A stretch of DNA of 64,000 nucleotides, taken from the IMG/VR virus record IMGVR_UViG_3300047564_006544, positions 16,005 through 80,004 of that record. One strand, written 5' to 3'. The position numbers and the translations under genes are program-made. The stretch comes from a virus. The notes under the pieces are model-generated. The model worked only from the letters and a program-made list of their open reading frames with translations. It made no database searches and was not told the origin of the DNA. This document shows, piece after piece, positions 57,561-64,000 of this stretch. The first letter of the stretch is position 1. Each line of letters begins with the position of its first letter.

Positions 57561-57920
57561 TTAATCTGCTCGACCTTTGTTATTAAAGTTGCCCCCATAC
57601 TCAGCTACCATTCTTCCCCCAAAAGAATCGGTATGCATGATGTTTGTCGAACCCAAATGGCAAATCTTACCCTTGTTAAATCCGGTAGAGTTCTTGTAAG
57701 CCTTCATATAAGCATTGGCATTAGTCTTATTATCAAATCGCATTACAGTGATCATGGTTGTTTTTCCATCCCCTGCCCCAACCCCAATTGATACGGGTGC
57801 TCTTTCTGTCTTAAGAGAAACAACACAGTCAGAACACTCGTTGATCTTTCCGCCTACCATAATCTTCTCAGCGGACTTTGTATCAAACTCTTCGCCACAA
57901 TGAACGCAGGACTTAATCAT
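57561..57920 (-). CDS. Zinc-finger hypothetical protein
   Basis: CVHC...CSDC; GAGG SD. Confidence 0.7.
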   Translation of the reverse strand: MIKSCVHCGEEFDTKSAEKIMVGGKINECSDCVVSLKTERAPVSIGVGAGDGKTTMITVMRFDNKTNANAYMKAYKNSTGFNKGKICHLGSTNIMHTDSFGGRMVAEYGGNFNNKGRAD

Positions 57921-57931
57921 TCGCACCTCGA

Positions 57932-57966
57932 CCCTATGAATATATCCACCGTGGGGCGAAGATCAA
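57932..57966 (-). promoter_or_regulatory. Sigma70-type promoter (class A)
   Basis: TTGATC-16nt(ending cGGTGga)-TATATT-c-ATAGGG. Confidence 0.65.
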
Positions 57967-57983
57967 GTGTAGAACAAAAGTTT

Positions 57984-58409
57984 TTAAGTTTTTTTCACGG
58001 CATCGATCAGCCAAGAGGAAGATTGGGTTTTTCCGCCGCCAATATTCCACAACATTTCGATTCCAAGCTCGGCGCAAACGTCGCCCTCTGGTGTGTTTCC
58101 TGCTTTTCTATCGCCACCATTTGCAAAATAATCTGGACGAATACGACGGAGAGCTTCGCAAACAGTTCCATCTGAATCATCAACAGGAACAACAGACACA
58201 ACCCCTTTAAATGCAAGAAGAATTTCGGCTCTTTCTTCCCAAGACATAAATTTATAGCCCTTCTTCCTCATAAGCCAATCGTCAGAATTTAAAATAACTA
58301 CTACATCGCCGTAAGTAGCTGCCTCAAGAATCATTCTAACGTGACCAGAATGACATGGATCACAACCACCTGATACAGCAACTACTTTTCTTTTATTATT
58401 AATACTCAT
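57984..58409 (-). CDS. Cytidylyltransferase-like (TagD/RfaE/RibL family) nucleotidyltransferase
   Basis: SGGCDPCHSGH (HxGH), LNSD.WL.RKKG, FANGGDR, GGGKTQSSS. Confidence 0.9.
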   Translation of the reverse strand: MSINNKRKVVAVSGGCDPCHSGHVRMILEAATYGDVVVILNSDDWLMRKKGYKFMSWEERAEILLAFKGVVSVVPVDDSDGTVCEALRRIRPDYFANGGDRKAGNTPEGDVCAELGIEMLWNIGGGKTQSSSWLIDAVKKT

Positions 58410-58561
58410 ATTATATATCCTGTTGGAAGTATTATCTATTAACTTAGTTATTATATATAGAGGGCTTTATATATATACTGCAAAATTTTTAAAAAGCTTA
58501 AGCAAAAATAATTTTTTCTATTATTTTATTTAGAGTGTATAAATAGTTTTATGGAGAGTTT

Positions 58562-61300
58562 ATGAGAAGAATTTCAGCAAGAAGTTTTGATAATTTTATA
58601 AAAATTGCTAGTCCAGAAGGGTTTTTTCAGGGAATAGCTTCTGGAAAATTAAATCCTTATTTGGGCGATCATAATAAACTTTTTGATCAGCTAATTGCAA
58701 AAAATCCAAATGGAATGCAAAGAGCATACAATGCACTTAATTCAGCAGATAAAATAAAAGTAGATAGCTTTCTTGATCAAAGCTACTATGGTGGATCTGG
58801 AAATGCACAGCAACAGCTTGCTAACGCAGTAAAAGCAAATCCAGCCATAGTAAGGACCCCAACTGTTTCTCCACCTACAGTATCAGGCCCAACAACCTTA
58901 CCATCTGGAACTAGTCCAGTTATACCACCAACAAATACTCCAACTACTATGCCACCCGGCACTCCAACAGTAAGTCCTCCAATTCGTCCAACTACTATGC
59001 CTCCTGGTACTCCAACAGTAAGGCCTCCAATTGGCCCAACTACTGTGCCATCTGGAGTTCCACAAGCAACCAGAACAGTTGGACAAGGTGCGGCTGGTGC
59101 AGGAAGGGCAGGAGCGGCACTAAGAGGTGCCGGATCAGCACTAAGAGGTGCTGGTTCTGCAGCGCTAAGAGGCGGAGGAGCATTATTATCTGGAGTCGGA
59201 GGAGCAGCAGGTACTGCCGTAGGAGCAGTTGGAACAACATTAGGCGTTGGAACTGGAGCAGCAGCAGCAGTTGTAGTTGGAATTCCACTCATTTTAGCAA
59301 CACCATTTCTTATGGAAAAATGGTTTGGCTCAAGAGATGCATTGGTCGGAAAAACAGAGTTAGAAAAGCAATTTGTAAGCAAAGCAGAAGAATTATTTGA
59401 ACCAATTTGGGATCATGATGTCACTGTAACATTTAACCCTTGGGCTAGTACTTCATGGTCCGATGAAAAGTCTGGTGATCTTGGAGAAATATCTGGTCCA
59501 GAAAAGAATAATATTATAATGATAATTCTTGGTGCTGCATTATCTGGAAATGTAAAAGAAGTTTCTTCTGAGGCTATATTAGAACAGCTAAGGGGAACCG
59601 GTCGTGCAAGCTTAGAAGATATGAAAAATGACGAAGATCTTATGGCTGATATAAATGCTGCATCAAGTTATTTTACAGCTCTAGCAAAAGATATGGCTGA
59701 TGCTATAAGAATTGCTCAGAGAAACGCCCCGAAGGATTCGGGCCAAGTTGCTGGCCCTGTTGCACAAACAGGTGGAGGTGGCTCAATTCCAACCGGAACA
59801 AGAGGAGAAGCTCTTGATTACGTTGGAGCCTCAAATATAATGATTGAAAATGGATTCCTTGACTCAGTTCAGACAGATTGGACTCCAGAGTTTGATGCTG
59901 GATTTAGAGGATTTATTGATGCTGCAACAAGAGGTGCAGATAATATTCCAGATTCAAATCTTTCTTCTGGTCAGACCTGGGGAGAAGCTGCTGATGACCT
60001 TGGCTTTTCGCCAGATGCTCGCGGAGCAATAGTAGCTGTAAAGAGATTGGCAAAGTTTATTGGCAAAGCTCCAACACCATCTGCAATTCCAGATGCAAGT
60101 CCCGCAGGGCCAAATCCAAAGGGAGAGGCACCAGTAGTTTCTGGAAAAGAAAATATATTGGCTCAGATGGTAGGAATTCTTTACAACGAAAGACTCGTTG
60201 AAGGTGGAGGATTCCTCTCTTACGAAAAGAAGCAGACACAGAGCTTGGTTGATGCCCTTGGTGGTGCTGGATTATCTGGATTTCCAAATGCTGCAAAGAA
60301 GCTTATGGAAAGAAATCCTCAGTTGGCATCAGTTATTCCAGATGAATTAAATATGCCTGTTACAAAAAAGACAATAAAAGGAACTCAATTGCTTCCCGCG
60401 TTTAAGATGGTTCAGGAGACGATTCACGACATTTACGAGGCAGCAAACCCAGGAATGATAAATCCAGGAAAGAATAAGGCAACAGAAAATGTTAAAAAGT
60501 ACTTTGGAATAACGGCTGGCTTTTCTGAAAACCGTTTCGTAAAATTAGCCAAAGAAAACGAAATAGAAAAAGCATCAAGAATTATGATGGAAAAGGGATA
60601 TTTGGACTCAATTCAGACCAGCTGGACGCCAGCTTTCGATGCCGCATTTAGAGAGTTTATTGACGCCTCAACAATGCATATAAAAGAAAAAACAAATTTA
60701 ATGAGTGGTGTTCCATGGCAAAAAGAATTTAAGAGATTTTTTGGTGATGTAACTCCAGATCAGGCTGGTGCAGTAAAAGCAGTTGTAGACTTTGGAAAAA
60801 ATGCTCCATATAAGTCTAGTGGAATGGGAACAGGAAGCTCTTCCAAGGGATTCGGAGGATCTCAAGATAAAGGATTTGGTACTTCAAAAGTACCAAGCCC
60901 TGATAGCGAAATAGAAAAAGCATCAAGAATTATGATGGAAAAGGGATATTTGGACTCAATTCAGACCAGCTGGACGCCAGCTTTCGATGCCGCATTTAGA
61001 GAGTTTATTGACGCCTCAACAATGCATATAAAAGAAAAAACAAATTTAATGAGTGGTGTTCCATGGCAAAAAGAATTTAAGAGATTTTTTGGTGATGTAA
61101 CTCCAGATCAGGCTGGTGCAGTAAAAGCAGTTGTAGACTTTGGAAAAAATGCTCCATATAAGAAAAAGGCAGCATTTAACTCTGATCGTTTCGTAAAATT
61201 AGCCGAAGAGCGCAGAGAGAGAATTAGAAGAGAAATCGAGGCTAATTTGACTCCAGCCGAAAAAGCAGCAATGAGAAGACTAAGAATGAGAGGGGCATAA
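58562..61300 (+). CDS. Large modular protein: P/T-rich repeats, G/A-rich membrane segment, three copies of an ~85-aa domain
   Basis: PTTMPPGTPTV repeats, ALRGAGS repeats, hydrophobic helix, repeated IM.E.G.LDS.QT.WTP.FDA.FR.FIDA. Confidence 0.85.
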   Translation: MRRISARSFDNFIKIASPEGFFQGIASGKLNPYLGDHNKLFDQLIAKNPNGMQRAYNALNSADKIKVDSFLDQSYYGGSGNAQQQLANAVKANPAIVRTPTVSPPTVSGPTTLPSGTSPVIPPTNTPTTMPPGTPTVSPPIRPTTMPPGTPTVRPPIGPTTVPSGVPQATRTVGQGAAGAGRAGAALRGAGSALRGAGSAALRGGGALLSGVGGAAGTAVGAVGTTLGVGTGAAAAVVVGIPLILATPFLMEKWFGSRDALVGKTELEKQFVSKAEELFEPIWDHDVTVTFNPWASTSWSDEKSGDLGEISGPEKNNIIMIILGAALSGNVKEVSSEAILEQLRGTGRASLEDMKNDEDLMADINAASSYFTALAKDMADAIRIAQRNAPKDSGQVAGPVAQTGGGGSIPTGTRGEALDYVGASNIMIENGFLDSVQTDWTPEFDAGFRGFIDAATRGADNIPDSNLSSGQTWGEAADDLGFSPDARGAIVAVKRLAKFIGKAPTPSAIPDASPAGPNPKGEAPVVSGKENILAQMVGILYNERLVEGGGFLSYEKKQTQSLVDALGGAGLSGFPNAAKKLMERNPQLASVIPDELNMPVTKKTIKGTQLLPAFKMVQETIHDIYEAANPGMINPGKNKATENVKKYFGITAGFSENRFVKLAKENEIEKASRIMMEKGYLDSIQTSWTPAFDAAFREFIDASTMHIKEKTNLMSGVPWQKEFKRFFGDVTPDQAGAVKAVVDFGKNAPYKSSGMGTGSSSKGFGGSQDKGFGTSKVPSPDSEIEKASRIMMEKGYLDSIQTSWTPAFDAAFREFIDASTMHIKEKTNLMSGVPWQKEFKRFFGDVTPDQAGAVKAVVDFGKNAPYKKKAAFNSDRFVKLAEERRERIRREIEANLTPAEKAAMRRLRMRGA
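60559..61162 (+). repeat. 256-bp direct repeat (60559-60814 and 60907-61162)
   Basis: Copies read as identical, offset 348 nt (116 codons). Confidence 0.92.
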
Positions 61301-61301
61301 T

Positions 61302-63053
61302 ATGAGCAGCCTAAGATTAGCAAAATTAACACAGTTGATGAAGGAAGCCCAAAAGCAACAGATTGTAACAAAAAACTTTGGGCAAAGAGTTGATCTTTAT
61401 ACTAACTTTAATCTGTTAAATGACATGAAAGACTCTATATATGTAGAGCAGGAAGGTCGTACAGTAGGTGATGTGGAAGTTTTGCCCGGAAAAACATTAT
61501 CCGGTTGCCTTACAAATTCTAATCTTACTGTTCACTTTACAAACCTAATGGGAGGAAAGGACTCAAAGGTTATTGATTCAAATGAGCTGAGAACCTTGAT
61601 TCCATCCCTAACGGTAAAAGCAGGTGAGCTAAGCCCAACTTTAAATGTATCTAAAGTGCTAATTGATATTTCTATCAAAAAATTTAATTCTGTTAATAAA
61701 TTAGCTGAAATGAGAAAGATTGCTGCAACATTTGAAGATACAAAAGCAGAATGGGCAAAAATTGACAAAGAGATATCTCCAATAACAGAAGAAATGCTCG
61801 ATACAGACTATGTTTATGGTGATAGTGGCGGAGATATGGATGATATAGATTCTGCTGCAAAACAAAGAATTACTGATTTTGTAAGAAATAATATCTTTGC
61901 AAAATCCTTAACTTTGCAAAATCTTTACACAAAAATCTCAGAAGAATTTAAAGCAAAAAAATTAAAACCTCCACCATCTGAAAAGACTACTAGTTTTGGT
62001 TCTGATATAAAAGAATTTTTTAATCAATATAAACCAATCCAAGATAAGTGGATAAAAATAGTTGAAGATAAAAAATTGCCTCTAACAGAGGTTGCTGGTA
62101 ATTCTGCAGCTACCACTCAAATTGATGATAAAGGCAGAGCGCAACCTACACAAAAAGCAAATAGTAGTGGCGCAGTAGCAAAAACATATGCTGATGTAAT
62201 AAAGCAAGAACTTTGGACAAAAACAGTAAGAGATAATGCTGGATATACATTTGAAATAGGTGCAGATGGAAAAAGCCTAACTTATAGCAAGGATGGATCT
62301 GTGCCAAAAACATTAAATCAGTCCTATAAAAATTGGCCTCAGCTAGTTAAAAATATAAACGAACTTACTCCTGTTGCTGGCTCAGATTCTGCCGCAACAG
62401 CCGGTACTGCAACAGATACACAGCCAGCAACCGCACCAGCAGCAAAGACTGAAGAGGCAAAGCCAGCAGAAGCAACGAGACAATTTGATCCTAGCACTCT
62501 TGCTGGAGTAAAGGCAGTTTTAATTAGAGCCGCAAAACCAGGAGGATTTGGACTTTCAGTTGGAACAGCTGCAAATGAAAGAAGAAGAATTCAGAAGATG
62601 ATTGAAACTATATCAAGCTCAGAAGGACCAAGTATTGATGCCTATGATTTTCTAACCAAGATGTTGCTAGTATCTCCAAGAGGGGATACTTACTTAACAG
62701 CTTTCTTTAGAGGTGCTTCACAAGATGATATTGATGCAATAATGAGAAGCCCAAGAAAAGATGTTGTTGCAGATCCAAAGGGTGGAAAATATAATCGACA
62801 GGTTGCAGCCGTATTGAGTGTATTAAATGAAGTGTATGATGGTGATTTTTCAGAAGATAATACAAAAGCTATTAAAGATTTTAAAGCAAAATATGTAAAA
62901 GCATCAAAATTAAATAATAGTATTATAAAAATTTCATCAAAGGTAGATCCGAAGATTAAGAAGCTTGCAACACTTCGCAGACTAAGAGTTCGCTCTCAGA
63001 TGGAAGAGGCAACAGAATCAGCAACAAGATTTGGTCGCTCTAGAATTTCTTAA
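61302..63053 (+). CDS. Hypothetical protein with K-x-[AS] motifs
   Basis: 583 aa; MKEAQ, RKIAA, IKISS, KKLAT; R-rich C-terminus like the upstream gene. Confidence 0.8.
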   Translation: MSSLRLAKLTQLMKEAQKQQIVTKNFGQRVDLYTNFNLLNDMKDSIYVEQEGRTVGDVEVLPGKTLSGCLTNSNLTVHFTNLMGGKDSKVIDSNELRTLIPSLTVKAGELSPTLNVSKVLIDISIKKFNSVNKLAEMRKIAATFEDTKAEWAKIDKEISPITEEMLDTDYVYGDSGGDMDDIDSAAKQRITDFVRNNIFAKSLTLQNLYTKISEEFKAKKLKPPPSEKTTSFGSDIKEFFNQYKPIQDKWIKIVEDKKLPLTEVAGNSAATTQIDDKGRAQPTQKANSSGAVAKTYADVIKQELWTKTVRDNAGYTFEIGADGKSLTYSKDGSVPKTLNQSYKNWPQLVKNINELTPVAGSDSAATAGTATDTQPATAPAAKTEEAKPAEATRQFDPSTLAGVKAVLIRAAKPGGFGLSVGTAANERRRIQKMIETISSSEGPSIDAYDFLTKMLLVSPRGDTYLTAFFRGASQDDIDAIMRSPRKDVVADPKGGKYNRQVAAVLSVLNEVYDGDFSEDNTKAIKDFKAKYVKASKLNNSIIKISSKVDPKIKKLATLRRLRVRSQMEEATESATRFGRSRIS

Positions 63054-63312
63054 TCTTTAAGATTAGCTCTCCAGAGCCTTTAACCAAACGATGCCACTCA
63101 CCCTTACGGATTGAGTGGCATTCTCCTTTCTTAAGCAATACAGGAAGTTTATTATCTCTCTGAAACTCCCAACCATCGCCAGCAACTAGGATAATCTCCC
63201 TATCTTCTCCATCCCTGTGCCATGTAAGCTCTTCGTCGTGAACACTATCAGAAAAGCGACGGATAAACCACCCGTCGCCCTCCTCAACCTCTTTAAAAGG
63301 TAAGCCTACCAT
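63040..63312 (-). CDS. Small cupin-fold protein
   Basis: WHRDGEDR...WEFQ.DN.LP...I.KGEWHRLVKG. Confidence 0.7.
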   Translation of the reverse strand: MVGLPFKEVEEGDGWFIRRFSDSVHDEELTWHRDGEDREIILVAGDGWEFQRDNKLPVLLKKGECHSIRKGEWHRLVKGSGELILKIKKF

Positions 63313-63965
63313 CTACCCTCAAACTTTAGACCCAACTGCTTCTTATAACGGTGTAGGTTGCAAGACCAATATCTTGCACCAGTCTTTGGGCCGGGACTAT
63401 CGCAGTTATGTCTGGCAAGGAATGACTTTCTTCTTTCTGGATTACCAGCCTTAACAGAAAGGTTTGCATCACCAAAAGTAATTGTCTTTACATTTCCGGT
63501 AGAAGGATTCTTAACGTGAACAATAAACTTCTTTTTTCCATAGCCTGGATCACCCTTTCCAATTCTTCTTGGAGAGTTTAATCTTCCTGGGCTTTTCTTC
63601 TTTTTTGCTGCAGCAGTCTTAACATAGTAGGACTCATCGTCATCAATCTCTATTGGAAGATCTAGAGGAACCTCAACGCCATTTAGCATGGCAGTCTTAC
63701 CAATGTCTGTATTTAATAGCCACTCATCTTCTTCGCAAACAGAGAGTGCTCCGATCTTCCAAAGGTCCCTTGCCTCATTGAATAGTGAGAGATACTCTGA
63801 AGAGTGAATGCGAAATGTGTTTGAAGCAAGCTTAATTCTATTATCAAGATGATATTTTAATGCAGCTGATACATGAAGCTCAGGAATAAGCAGAACTGCT
63901 CCCTTGCTCTTCTCAATTTTATCTGAAAGTGATGCTATTTTTTGAAGTCTTTCTGCTCTTTCCAT
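63306..63965 (-). CDS. Two-module basic phage protein
   Basis: LQKIAS; module 1 YHLDN..LFNEAR..VPLDLP; VKTAA; module 2 ITFGD...RRKSFLARHNC...ARYWSC. Confidence 0.75.
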   Translation of the reverse strand: MERAERLQKIASLSDKIEKSKGAVLLIPELHVSAALKYHLDNRIKLASNTFRIHSSEYLSLFNEARDLWKIGALSVCEEDEWLLNTDIGKTAMLNGVEVPLDLPIEIDDDESYYVKTAAAKKKKSPGRLNSPRRIGKGDPGYGKKKFIVHVKNPSTGNVKTITFGDANLSVKAGNPERRKSFLARHNCDSPGPKTGARYWSCNLHRYKKQLGLKFEGRW

Positions 63966-64000
63966 TTTATCTCCATTCAAAATGATAGATAAAATATTAG

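Noticed and set aside
60559-61162. Diversity-generating retroelement TR/VR pair
   Set aside because: Copies are identical with no adenine-specific mismatches, both are in frame within one gene, and there is no reverse transcriptase in the window
1-64000. Genome-wide stop-codon reassignment
   Set aside because: TAG, TGA and TAA all end full-length genes and coding density is high in the standard code; the only break seen (deaminase) needs a frame change, not read-through

Overview
AT-rich, densely coding window, almost all on the minus strand and in the standard genetic code. It is most consistent with a very large tailed bacteriophage (jumbo/huge phage); no capsid, terminase, tRNA, rRNA or CRISPR array is visible here. 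Replication and repair genes: DnaE (open at the left edge and missed by the ORF track), SbcC/SbcD, Cas4-like PD-(D/E)XK nuclease, stand-alone CHC2 zinc finger, FtsK-like ATPase, HU, UvsE. Other recognisable genes: a sigma factor with a zinc-ribbon insert, nucleotide metabolism (ThyX, GuaB, PurA, a CDA-type deaminase), protein quality control (GroEL, Hsp20, M16 peptidase, MoxR-type AAA + VWA-peptidase pair), three free-standing homing-type endonucleases, two fibre-like proteins and a modular lysozyme. Main signals from the hunt: (1) unrelated orphan proteins share a basic K-x-[AS] motif at N-termini and module boundaries, and most sit behind a CTAWTA upstream motif. This is a candidate capsid-targeting/proteolytic-maturation system; in one gene an 18-bp direct repeat encoding RFVKLA brackets a freshly duplicated 256-bp module. 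(2) The deaminase gene's SD-led ATG is one base out of frame with its intact catalytic domain, at a 5-bp/7-nt hairpin. (3) Three candidate promoter classes, including an intragenic promoter for the sigma gene. (4) RBS-sequestering hairpins with a -10 box in the loop, in front of two unrelated homing endonucleases. (5) A trypsin-fold protein with His/Glu/Thr at the triad positions. All family calls come from motifs read by eye; no searches were run.
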